Source: Chthoniobacteraceae bacterium | Lineage (GTDB): Bacteria; Verrucomicrobiota; Verrucomicrobiia; Chthoniobacterales; Chthoniobacteraceae | Direction of reading: 5' to 3' | Assembly (NCBI GenBank): GCA_031409655.1 | Contig: JANNXQ010000099.1 | Span: 1 to 64,000 of the forward strand | Length of the DNA: 64,000 nucleotides | In this document: in pieces, positions 19,301 through 27,513 of the stretch | Numbering within the stretch: position 1 is the stretch's first letter | How the letters are laid out: each line of letters starts with the position of its first letter | Made by a program: the position numbers and the translations under genes | The notes under the pieces: generated by a model | What the model was told of the DNA's origin: nothing | Database searches by the model: none | The model's input: only the letters and a program-made list of their open reading frames with translations

Positions 19301-20144
19301 TCCGCTGCGCGGCATGCCGCTGGAGCGGGTCTTCCTCACCGACACGAACGTCAGCGATCTCTCCCCGCTCGCCGGGCTGCCGCTCACCGATCTCTACATC
19401 GACGGTTGCGTGAAGGTGACCGATGTCGCGCCCCTCGCGGAAATTTCGACCTTGGAGAATCTCGTCTTTCCTCCGCAGGTGAAGAACATCGAGACGCTGC
19501 GCAAGCTGCCCAAACTGCGAAGACTGGGCCTGAAAGGCGTCGGCATGCAACCCGTGCTCCCGGACACCACCGCGGCGGAGTTTTGGCGGGAGTTCGACGC
19601 CCATGGCTGGATCCGGCGCTTGCGCGACACGGGGGTCAAGGTCAAGGCCTGGGAGCCACTGAAGGACGGCACCTGGAAGGTGGACCTCAGCGACTCCGCG
19701 ATCCAGGACCTCACCAGCCTGCAGGGGGCTCCGATCAGTGACCTCAATCTCATCGGTACGGCCGTCACGGATCTTGCCCCATTGCGCGGCATGCCCATCG
19801 CGGCGCTTCGGCTGCCCAAAACGATCGCCGACCTGAGTCCGCTCGCGGGGATGCCGCTCGAGTATTTACAAGCGGAATGGACTCGCGTGACCGACCTCAC
19901 GCCCCTTCGCGGAATGCCGCTGACCGACCTGAGGCTCTACTCCTCCACTGAACTCACGGACCTCTCGCCGCTCGCGGGGGTCAAACAGCTCCGCTATCTC
20001 GGTCTGCCCCCGAACGCGAAGAACCTGGATATCCTCCGCAACCATCCCAGCCTCAAACGGATCGGCTTCAGTTTTTTGGGAAGCGGCGAGCCCAATAAGA
20101 CTGCCGCGGAGTTTTGGCGGGAATACGACGCGAAGCGGAAATAG
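16353..20144 (+). CDS. Membrane Hanks-type Ser/Thr kinase with TPR-like and leucine-rich-repeat C-terminus
   Basis: IGEGGFGTVW, VALK, HRDLKPSN, DFG, GTPLYMSPEQ; TM helix LAFAAGAAIAASLVIGIAASVW; many DLSPLRGMPL-type LRRs. Confidence 0.95.
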   Translation: METPMPPPTPPPRRPSGPPKPPERPQRVGVRAEATFNSALERPVAEREAFIAEACGAEAEMHAEVCALLAAHEAAGDFLKTDTPLSPEAEEQMARLKPEEAGETIGPYKLREQIGEGGFGTVWVADQERPVRRRVALKIIKMGMDTKEVIARFEQERQALAMMDHPNIAKILDAGVTQWGRPFFVMELVRGVKITEYCDEQQLSTRERVELFITVCQAVQHAHQKGIIHRDLKPSNILVTINDGKAVPKVIDFGVAKATQGRLTDATVYTQFQQMIGTPLYMSPEQAELTSLDIDTRSDIYSLGVLLYELLTGHTPIEQDTLARVGLDEIRRLIREVDPPRPSMRMKTLAGNELTTLAQRRHTEPAKLPGTMRGDIDWIVMKCLEKDRARRYDTANGLALDLQRHLNNEVVIARPPTTAYLLSKLVRRNKLAFAAGAAIAASLVIGIAASVWQAVRAEREAKRAVAAFDELRASAPAFAEQARALATREQFSEAIAKLDYAIKLRPDVAEYLVAKADLLQGELKLAEAAAVYREALRVKPGLARAEASAKLCDELLAAPPNADGKLTRENLAKLHLAMQRQQRPAAELMPVARLLGEEKKLLVEYWLARLKDLPVSGERPLKDRLTVRDDGRLALDLSDTKVTDLSPLAGAPLAALDLSECKELTDLSALRGFVLLELNVRGTRVADLTPLREMHSLEKLELSDSKVADLAALSALRLKSLNFRNCPVSDLTPIRMMRLEEIILRDTRVADLSPLLGMPIKSIDLAFAPVLDFSPLAQLPLEKCYLQSNRITDLAVLRGRPLKELVLWGCNAARNFAVLAEMHSLELLLLPSQYRSLPEKDYEAIGSLRRLPKLRQMGTDYLTGLGTAGNNVWRKAATGSADSRGANYVATPSKELFWQDWDREQAFLPALRQSGFNFSLSKYPNGFYSLDIRSQPVRDLSFLKGAPLSALSLLKTEISDLTPLRGMPLEYLHLGWNPVSDLSPLRGMPLERVFLTDTNVSDLSPLAGLPLTDLYIDGCVKVTDVAPLAEISTLENLVFPPQVKNIETLRKLPKLRRLGLKGVGMQPVLPDTTAAEFWREFDAHGWIRRLRDTGVKVKAWEPLKDGTWKVDLSDSAIQDLTSLQGAPISDLNLIGTAVTDLAPLRGMPIAALRLPKTIADLSPLAGMPLEYLQAEWTRVTDLTPLRGMPLTDLRLYSSTELTDLSPLAGVKQLRYLGLPPNAKNLDILRNHPSLKRIGFSFLGSGEPNKTAAEFWREYDAKRK

Positions 20145-20170
20145 CGCGCGCGCACCTCCACTCACTGCCC

Positions 20171-23100
20171 ATGAGCACCCAGCCGGATCGTGGACCGACG
20201 GAGCCCGCACCGTCCAGCAGCCGCTGGGCGCTGGCGATTTTTGCGTCCGGCGAAGAGGGCCGCGAGGCACTGCGCGAACTGGCGGGGAGCTACGATTACT
20301 GCGTCTATGCCTGGTGGCGCCGCGCGGGGCGCGAGGCGGAGCCCGCGATGGCCGCGACGATCGCTGCTTTCGATCGTTGGCTGGGCGCGTCGCCGCCGCA
20401 GCGCACTGACTCGGGCAGCGAGCGGATGCGCACGTGGCTCGCGGAGCGGCTCGTCGAGCTGAACGAAGAAGACCTGGAGGCGCCGGTCGCGCCGTCGATC
20501 GCCCTCGATCCCGCGTGGTCCGAATCGCGTTACGCGGATGAACCGCCCGGCGAGCCGGACGCCATCTTCCAGCGCCGCTGGGCGCTGACGGTGCTGGAAT
20601 TCACCGTGGCGACGATGCGCGCGGAATATGCCGCGCGCGGGGAGGAGGCGCTCTTTCCCGAGCTGCTGCCCTTCGCCGGTTTCGCTTCGGGTGAAGACGA
20701 TCGCTACGCGGGCGCGGCGGAACGCACCGGCCGCACGGTCGGCGCGATGCACAAGGAGGTTTACGATTTCCGCCAACGCCAGCGCGAGCTGCTGCTTTAT
20801 TTTGCCGGCGACACGCTGCTCGATCCCGAGGAGGCGGAGAGCGAGATCACCGCGCTGCTCTGCGCCTGCGATGCTCCGGGACCGGAGGCCTCGGCGGCCC
20901 GGCTCCCAACCGAGATCGGCCATCTGCCCCCGGATCAAATGCTCTCGCGGGCAATGCAAAGCGTGCGCATGACCAGAAGCGGCGCGGATGGCTGGCAGCC
21001 GCCCACGGTCGCGGAGGCGGCGCGCCTTTTCCCACAGTATGAAGTGAGTGCGCTGCTCGGGCGCGGCGGCATGGGCGCCGTTTACCAGGGGCGGCAGACG
21101 GAGCTCGACCGACTCGTCGCGATCAAACTCCTGCCGCTGGAGGTGAGTGTGGACCGCGACTTCGCCGATCGTTTCCGCCGCGAAGCGCGCGCCATGGCGA
21201 AGCTGCAGCATCCGAACATCATCGACGTGCATGACTTCGGCACGACCGCCGAGGGGCATCTCTACTTCGTCATGGAATACGTGGACGGGACGAATCTCGA
21301 CGCGATGATCCGCGGCCCGGGCCTCGAGCCGGCGCAGGCGCTGCACATCATCGGCAGCGTCTGCGATGCGCTCGCCTACGCGCATGCGGAAGGCGTGGTC
21401 CACCGCGACATCAAGCCGGCCAATGTGATGGTGAGCAAAAAGGGCCGGGTGAAGGTCGCGGATTTCGGCCTCGCGCGGCTCGCCGATGCGGAAGCAGAGC
21501 AGCTCGGCCACACCGTCACCGGCACGGTGATGGGCACGCCGGATTACATGGCGCCGGAGCAAAAGCGCGGGATGAATGTCGATCACCGCGCCGACATCTA
21601 CAGCCTCGGCGTGATGCTCTACGAAATGCTCTGCCGCGAAGTGCCGCAGGGCATTTTCGATCCGCCGAGCCACCGCGTGGCCGTGGATTCGCGCGTCGAT
21701 CAGGTGGTGATCAAGGCGATGCAGCAGCAGCCCGACCGGCGGTATCAATCCACGCAGGAGATGAAGGCGGATGTGGACGCGGCGGGCACGCCGCAGCCCA
21801 AAGCGCTCGCCCTCGCCCGTCTGCCGCTGGGCGGGATGAGCCGGGCGATGACCATGCTCGCGCCCGGAACTGCGCCGCGATCGAAGAAGCGGCCGATCTT
21901 CGCGGGTCTGAGTTTTCTGGCCATCGGCGCGGCGGCACTTTCCTGCCTCCAGCCGTGGAAGAAGAGCGCGCCACCGAGCCCATCGCCTGCTCCGCAAATG
22001 GCCGCGTCCCCGACCGGGACGGGCAACCCTGGCGCTCTCACCAAGACCGCAGCTTTCGGCCCGTGGCAGCCGCTCTTCACCGAGGCGGAATGGAAGGAGA
22101 CCGTGCCGGGCCAGCGCGAGGTCGTGGATGGCCGCTTGCACTTGCTCGGCCCCGCTGTGGAGAAACCGCAATCCGCCGCGGATGGCGCCATCCGTGCCCG
22201 GATTCAGTATCAACCGGGGTCGAAGGCCATGGGCTTCACCGCTCGCGTGTCGGACGTGGGTCGGTATAAGCTTTCAATCGTGAACGACCGCAGCCTTGGG
22301 CTTCGTTTTTTCGGCGGTGCCAGATCGTCCAGCGCGAACATGCACAAGCTCGGGGACTACTACCTCCCAAAGCCCCTCCAGCCCGGCGACACGCTGTTGC
22401 TCGAACTGCGCCTGCAAGGCGACCGCCTGATTGTGCTCGTGGATGGCGCGGTGATCATCGATGCGCGCGACTCGCGCCTCACCGCTCCCGGTGAATGGGG
22501 TATCACCGCGGCTGACGGCTGGTTCGAGTCCGTGGAAGTGCAGACGCCGCTGCCCGCGCCCGCCGACGGCTGGGAAGACCTCCTCGCCAAACTCACCCCC
22601 GCCGTCGTCGCGCAGACCGGCCACGGGTGGACCCTGAAAGACGGCGAGCTTTTCAGCCCGGACACGAAATGGGCGACGCTGCCGCTGCCCGTGCAACTGT
22701 CCGGCATCAGCTACCGGGTGCGCGTGAAGCTGCGGCAACTGCCCTCGAAAGATGTTTTCCACATCGTCCTCCCCGTCGCGGACCGGATGTGCGGGTTCGA
22801 GTTGGAAGGATGGGGCCGCAATTACAGCGGCCTGGGCATGGTGAATGGGAAGCTGAACAAAGACGCGCCCGGAGTCGTGGTGGGCAAGCAGGTGAAGGAC
22901 ACCGTGCCGCACGATCTGGAAGTGACCGTGCGCCTCGACGGCGCGAACGCGACCATCACCACCACGCTCGACACCCGCCCACTCTACGCATGGAGCGGCC
23001 CCACCGCCGCCCTCAGCCAGGATAAGTATTGGGCCACCACCGCGCCCGGCGCCCTCGCCCTCGGCACCTACGTCGGCGGCTGGGCGGTCTCCGCGGTAAA

Positions 23101-23728
23101 AGTGAAGCGACTGGACGCGGGCGACGCCACGGAGGACGCGCGGCCGGCTCTCGCATCCGACGGCTGGGAAGACCTCGTCGCCCAGCTCACGCCCGAGCGG
23201 CTCAAGCAGAACGGCGACGGCTGGCTCCGGGAGGGCGACGCGCTGCGCAGCCCGAACAAACTCTTTGGAAGGCTGCCCCTCGGCCACTTTGCCGGCAGCA
23301 GCTATCGGGTGCGCGTCAAGCTGCGGCAACTCATCCCGAAGGACGGTTTCGCCATCATGCTGCCGGTCGGGGATCGCCTCGTCGGGTTCTCGCTCGATGG
23401 CCTGCCCAAGGACGGATATTTTACCGGCCTGAATGCCGTCGAGGGCAAGCGGGGCAAAGACCTGCCCGGAAGCATCCTCGGCCAGGTGGTGAAGGACACC
23501 ACGACGGCGCACGAGCTGGAAGTGACCGTCCGCATCGACGGCGCGCAAGCGAGCATCTCCTCCACCTTCGACGCCCGCCCGCTCTACGCCTGGACCGGCC
23601 CCATCGCCGCCCTCAAGCCGCCTTGGGCTGAACCCGCGAAGTTTGCGGGCACCCTCACCCTGCTCAGCTTCGCGGATGATTGGCTGGTCTCCGAGGTGAA
23701 GGTGAAACGGCTGGACTCGGGGAAGTAG
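20171..23728 (+). CDS. ECF-sigma-like domain fused to Ser/Thr kinase, TM helix and three beta-sandwich (DUF1080/lectin-like) domains
   Basis: N-terminal SRWAL...EALRELAGSY..CVYAWWRR...IFQRRWALTVLE...RAEY...LFPEL.PF...YA.AA...G.TVGAMH.EVY.FRQR.REL; kinase LGRGGMGAVY, HRDIKPAN, DFGLA, GTPDYMAPEQ; duplicated DGWEDL domain. Confidence 0.85.
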   Translation: MSTQPDRGPTEPAPSSSRWALAIFASGEEGREALRELAGSYDYCVYAWWRRAGREAEPAMAATIAAFDRWLGASPPQRTDSGSERMRTWLAERLVELNEEDLEAPVAPSIALDPAWSESRYADEPPGEPDAIFQRRWALTVLEFTVATMRAEYAARGEEALFPELLPFAGFASGEDDRYAGAAERTGRTVGAMHKEVYDFRQRQRELLLYFAGDTLLDPEEAESEITALLCACDAPGPEASAARLPTEIGHLPPDQMLSRAMQSVRMTRSGADGWQPPTVAEAARLFPQYEVSALLGRGGMGAVYQGRQTELDRLVAIKLLPLEVSVDRDFADRFRREARAMAKLQHPNIIDVHDFGTTAEGHLYFVMEYVDGTNLDAMIRGPGLEPAQALHIIGSVCDALAYAHAEGVVHRDIKPANVMVSKKGRVKVADFGLARLADAEAEQLGHTVTGTVMGTPDYMAPEQKRGMNVDHRADIYSLGVMLYEMLCREVPQGIFDPPSHRVAVDSRVDQVVIKAMQQQPDRRYQSTQEMKADVDAAGTPQPKALALARLPLGGMSRAMTMLAPGTAPRSKKRPIFAGLSFLAIGAAALSCLQPWKKSAPPSPSPAPQMAASPTGTGNPGALTKTAAFGPWQPLFTEAEWKETVPGQREVVDGRLHLLGPAVEKPQSAADGAIRARIQYQPGSKAMGFTARVSDVGRYKLSIVNDRSLGLRFFGGARSSSANMHKLGDYYLPKPLQPGDTLLLELRLQGDRLIVLVDGAVIIDARDSRLTAPGEWGITAADGWFESVEVQTPLPAPADGWEDLLAKLTPAVVAQTGHGWTLKDGELFSPDTKWATLPLPVQLSGISYRVRVKLRQLPSKDVFHIVLPVADRMCGFELEGWGRNYSGLGMVNGKLNKDAPGVVVGKQVKDTVPHDLEVTVRLDGANATITTTLDTRPLYAWSGPTAALSQDKYWATTAPGALALGTYVGGWAVSAVKVKRLDAGDATEDARPALASDGWEDLVAQLTPERLKQNGDGWLREGDALRSPNKLFGRLPLGHFAGSSYRVRVKLRQLIPKDGFAIMLPVGDRLVGFSLDGLPKDGYFTGLNAVEGKRGKDLPGSILGQVVKDTTTAHELEVTVRIDGAQASISSTFDARPLYAWTGPIAALKPPWAEPAKFAGTLTLLSFADDWLVSEVKVKRLDSGK

Positions 23729-23865
23729 GCCTCCGCCACGCAGGCCGCTCCGTTCGTGAAGACAAAGCGGTGAAGCAGCAGCCCCATGAGTCGCGAGATA
23801 CCTGAATCGTCCGCTGGCGACTTTTGGTTCGCCCCGCGGCGGTCTCGCGGGCAAGCTGGCCGGCG

Positions 23866-24423
23866 ATGCACGACGTCACGCGCCTCCTTGCCGCCATCGG
23901 GCGCGGGGATGCGCGTGCCGGGGAGGAATTGCTCCCGCTCGTCTATGCGGAACTGCGCCAGCTCGCCCGCGCGAAAATGGCCCGCGAGCAGTCGGGGCAC
24001 ACATTGCAAGCGACAGCGCTGGTGCATGAGGCCTGGTTGCGGCTGGGCGAGCAGCGCTTTGAAAATCGCGCCCATTTCTTCGGCGCCGCCGCCGAGGCGA
24101 TGCGCCGGATCCTCATCGAGGGCGCGCGCCGCAAGCTCGCCGCAAAGCACGGCGCCGGCGCCGAGCACGTGGACGTCGACGAAATCGAGATCGCCGCACC
24201 GACGCCAAAGGACGATGAACTCCTTGCCGTCCACGAAGCCCTCGATGCACTCGCCGCGCATGATCCGCGCAAGGCGGAACTAGTGAAGCTCCGCTATTTT
24301 GCCGGCCTCTCGATCGACGAAGCCGCCGACGTGCTCGGCATCTCCGCGCCGACGGCGAAGCGTGACTGGACTTACGCCCGGGCGTGGCTTTTCCGGGAGA
24401 TCCGGAACTCGGCCTCCGGTTAG
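23866..24423 (+). CDS. ECF sigma factor, kinase-associated type (TIGR02999-like)
   Basis: DVTRLL, LLPLVYAELRQLA, HTLQATALVHEAWLRL, AAAEAMRRILI, LRYFAGLSIDEAA..LGIS..TAKRDW. Confidence 0.93.
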   Translation: MHDVTRLLAAIGRGDARAGEELLPLVYAELRQLARAKMAREQSGHTLQATALVHEAWLRLGEQRFENRAHFFGAAAEAMRRILIEGARRKLAAKHGAGAEHVDVDEIEIAAPTPKDDELLAVHEALDALAAHDPRKAELVKLRYFAGLSIDEAADVLGISAPTAKRDWTYARAWLFREIRNSASG

Positions 24424-24497
24424 CAGAAGCGCGTTTTGGGGTCGCGCGCCGATCTCGACCGCCTTGCATCCGCGGAAGCGCTCGATCGCGCGCGGAC

Positions 24498-25430
24498 TCA
24501 GCCTTCGAGCACCAGTTCGGCGTTGCCGATGATGCCGGCGTCGTTGCCGAGGGTGGCGGGGAGGACTTGCAGCTTTTCGTGGAAGAGCTGGAGGGTGCGT
24601 TTGCGGATGGTGCGCCGGATCGGCTCGAAGACGAGTTCGCCAGCATTGGCGACGCCGCCGCCGATGATGATGGCGTCAGGGTTCACGAGCCAGACGGCAT
24701 TGGCCAGGGCGCTGCCGATTTCGGTGCCCACGGAATCCCAGAGGGCGCGGGCCGTGGCGTCGCCGCTCGCGGCGGCTTTGGCGAGATCGAGCGGAGTGCA
24801 GCGTTCGATGGGGACATTGCGGCCTGCCGCGCGGTAGAGTCCGGAGGCGCGTTCGGCGATTTGGTGATTGCCCACGAACTCTTCAAGCTCGCCGGGATTG
24901 CCGTAATGTCCGGGCCGGCCGCGGTAGTCGATGCTGGCGTGGCCGAGTTCGCCGGCGGCAAGTTGGGCACCGCGGAAAAGTTTCCCTTCCAGGATGAGCG
25001 CGCCGCCGACGCCGGTGCCGAGGGTGACGCAGATGACATGGCGAAAGCCGCGCGCGGCACCGTGCTTGAACTCGCCGTAGGCCATCGCGTTGGCGTCGTT
25101 TTCAATGATCGTCGGGAGTCCGGTGCGCGCCGCGAGCAGCTCGCGCAGCGGCACCTCGCGCCACCCGCGGACGTTCGTGAGCTCGTGGACGATGCCATTT
25201 ACGCTATCCACGAAACCCGGCAGCCCGCAGCCGATCCCGGCGACCTCCGGATGCACGGCGCGGAGGCTGCCGATCACTTCCACGATCGCGGCGATGAGCG
25301 CGTCCGAGGTGTGAAAGTGCTGGGTGTCGATGGGCTCGCCGCGCTCGATGAGGCAGCCGGCCTGGACGACGGCGGATTTGATGGAGGTGCCGCCGAAGTC
25401 GATCCCGATGGCTTTGCTGAGCATATTCAT
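24498..25430 (-). CDS. ROK-family sugar kinase (glucokinase-like)
   Basis: GIDFGGT, GLPG, ENDANA, TLGTGVGG, GELGH, NPDAIIIGGGV, LGNDAGIIG. Confidence 0.93.
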   Translation of the reverse strand: MNMLSKAIGIDFGGTSIKSAVVQAGCLIERGEPIDTQHFHTSDALIAAIVEVIGSLRAVHPEVAGIGCGLPGFVDSVNGIVHELTNVRGWREVPLRELLAARTGLPTIIENDANAMAYGEFKHGAARGFRHVICVTLGTGVGGALILEGKLFRGAQLAAGELGHASIDYRGRPGHYGNPGELEEFVGNHQIAERASGLYRAAGRNVPIERCTPLDLAKAAASGDATARALWDSVGTEIGSALANAVWLVNPDAIIIGGGVANAGELVFEPIRRTIRKRTLQLFHEKLQVLPATLGNDAGIIGNAELVLEG

Positions 25431-25832
25431 GGCGAAAGGTGGGGTAGAGTGCGGGGCCTGGGGGTTTTGGTCAATCGCCGGTGCGAGGCCACGCGCGGGA
25501 AGTGAAGTCCCGCCGCGCTTCAATCCACCAGAATCCAGTCTGGAACGCTCATTCACTGGCTGGAAGCCAGAGGAGTCGCATCACTTGTAAACTGGGCGAA
25601 AGGCAAGTGAGGAAGACAGCCAACGCCCATTTTTGGTCATCCAACCCTCTCGGCTTATAAGTGGTGTCGGCCCGAAAAAGGACTGGCATTCACGACTGGA
25701 CATTTTCTCGCGAATTCGGCTAGCAAACTCGCCGACCTCCCGTGGGTTCGTGCCCCTTCCACTTTACCAAAGCCTCCCGCACATCCCATTGCCAAGCTTT
25801 CCGCCCCTCGCTTCCATCGCCGCCCCCGCCGC

Positions 25833-27476
25833 ATGAACTGGCCTACGCTGAGCCCCGCGCGCGTGGGGTGGTTCCTGCTCGTCTGCTTGATCGCCGCGCC
25901 GCCTCTGCGGGCGCAGACGGTGAGTACGGTGCGTGAGACGGAGTTTCGCTCGCGCTGGGTGGATCAGCAGGTGGATCGGCCCGCTCAGGAGTTCCAGCCG
26001 GGGAGCGGAGCTTTGGATGGCGACGGAGACTTCACCACGCGAGTGGGGGACACCCTGCGGTCGTTTTTTCGCACCGGGCCGGTGGTGCTGCGAGCAGGGC
26101 TGAGCGCCGGATTTGAATACTCGAATCAACAGACCGTGGCCATTGGCAATCCACCGGCGAGCGAGGCCAGTTTTTTCGTCGCCCCGGTGGTTGCATTGTT
26201 CTATGACCGCGAGGTTGGGCCGTGGACGGTGTCGGCGCGCTACTCGGTCGGATATCTCTACTACTTCGATCGCGAGTATCTGGCTTTGGGGGGGCGGCAA
26301 GCGACGCCAGATACCACCCAGACCGTGGTCGTCGAGCCCGCGCAGCCAGAGCGGACGGTTCTCGTGCCGACGACTCCGCTCACGAATCTCGGCGGGATCA
26401 ACCAGCGCGTGCCCCAGTTTCGCACCGTGACGATTCCGGCGGTGCCGGCGGTTACCGAGGAGGTCACGGTTCCCGGCCTCAAGGCAGATCCACGCCGCAA
26501 TTCGCTCCCGTCGCAGACTCTCGGCCTCGATATCGCGCTCCAGTATTCCCGGCTGAAACTACGCTCCAACGGCGGTGGGTCTTACGGGAGCGGCTTTGAT
26601 ATCGAGCGTAGCGGACAATCAAACCGCCTCTCTCTATTTGAGACGCTCACGGCGGATTATCAACTCACGGAATATGTCCGGGCCGGGGTCGGATTCAATG
26701 CAGGATACGAAGGCAATGAGGGTGGGGCGGGAACGCAGGACTCGAGCACGCGTTTCAGCGGGTCGCTCTACGTGGACTACTTTCTCACGGGTAAGTCGCG
26801 CCTTCGGCTGGAAGCGAGCGCCGGGCGGGAGGCGCAGACGTTAGGCAATGGTGATCCTTTGGAGCGCACCTACTCCCAAGCGTTGCTCCGGTGGAATTTT
26901 CTCCCCACCGAGAAACTTTCCTTCGAGGTGGGGCTGGGGGTCGGCGTCCTCGACAGCTCCGGCGCGGCGACAACGGTCACGAACCAAGATGGTGGGCTGC
27001 GTGCGGTGTATTCGGTCAGGGCAAACTACGCGCCAACCAGCAAGATTGCAGCGGCATTTTATTTCGGATTGGAAACCACCTCCACGACTCCGGATCTCTC
27101 GCTCTCGTTGGACTGGCGCCCGCGCGAAACCACAGCCTTCAGGGTTTCACTATACCAGCTCAGCGGCGTTTCCACGATCTCCTTTTCCCAGAACCGTGTG
27201 TCCCGCGGGTTTCTGGTTCTCGCCCAGCAGCGCATCCTGCAGCGGGCCATGTTCAGTATCTCTGGCGGTGTGGAGGAATTTGAAGACCTCGACGTGGCTC
27301 AGGTGTCGCCGAATCAGGAGCCATATTCCTTCCTCGGCGCCGGATTCACCTATGAATTCAGCCGTTGGCTTTCCTTCGATTCGCAATATCGAACCGCTAC
27401 GGGGACCACTTCGGCAGGCCAGACTTCGACCTCCCGCGAAACCCGGGCGTCGGTCGGTTTGCGGTTGACTTTCTAA
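25833..27476 (+). CDS. Outer-membrane beta-barrel protein associated with polysaccharide export
   Basis: Signal peptide, alternating amphipathic strands, terminal SVGLRLTF; first gene before wza/wzc-like genes. Confidence 0.75.
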   Translation: MNWPTLSPARVGWFLLVCLIAAPPLRAQTVSTVRETEFRSRWVDQQVDRPAQEFQPGSGALDGDGDFTTRVGDTLRSFFRTGPVVLRAGLSAGFEYSNQQTVAIGNPPASEASFFVAPVVALFYDREVGPWTVSARYSVGYLYYFDREYLALGGRQATPDTTQTVVVEPAQPERTVLVPTTPLTNLGGINQRVPQFRTVTIPAVPAVTEEVTVPGLKADPRRNSLPSQTLGLDIALQYSRLKLRSNGGGSYGSGFDIERSGQSNRLSLFETLTADYQLTEYVRAGVGFNAGYEGNEGGAGTQDSSTRFSGSLYVDYFLTGKSRLRLEASAGREAQTLGNGDPLERTYSQALLRWNFLPTEKLSFEVGLGVGVLDSSGAATTVTNQDGGLRAVYSVRANYAPTSKIAAAFYFGLETTSTTPDLSLSLDWRPRETTAFRVSLYQLSGVSTISFSQNRVSRGFLVLAQQRILQRAMFSISGGVEEFEDLDVAQVSPNQEPYSFLGAGFTYEFSRWLSFDSQYRTATGTTSAGQTSTSRETRASVGLRLTF

Positions 27477-27513
27477 GTCCTATCACGATCTTCCAATCTC
27501 CTCGAACCCCTTC

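Noticed and set aside
15816..22213. Long antisense ORFs (15816-18821, 20162-22213; likewise 11508-13610, 28250-30694, 53080-54876, 56375-58249)
   Set aside because: They mirror well-supported genes on the opposite strand and are expected in high-GC coding DNA.
23725..23748. GTAGGCC...GGCC after the second kinase as a REP copy
   Set aside because: Too short, and not similar to the 62977-63112 element.
25431..25832. Possible ncRNA or riboswitch in the ROK-EPS divergent gap (cacttg...caagtg hairpin)
   Set aside because: No known RNA motif recognised; the region is adequately explained as divergent promoters.
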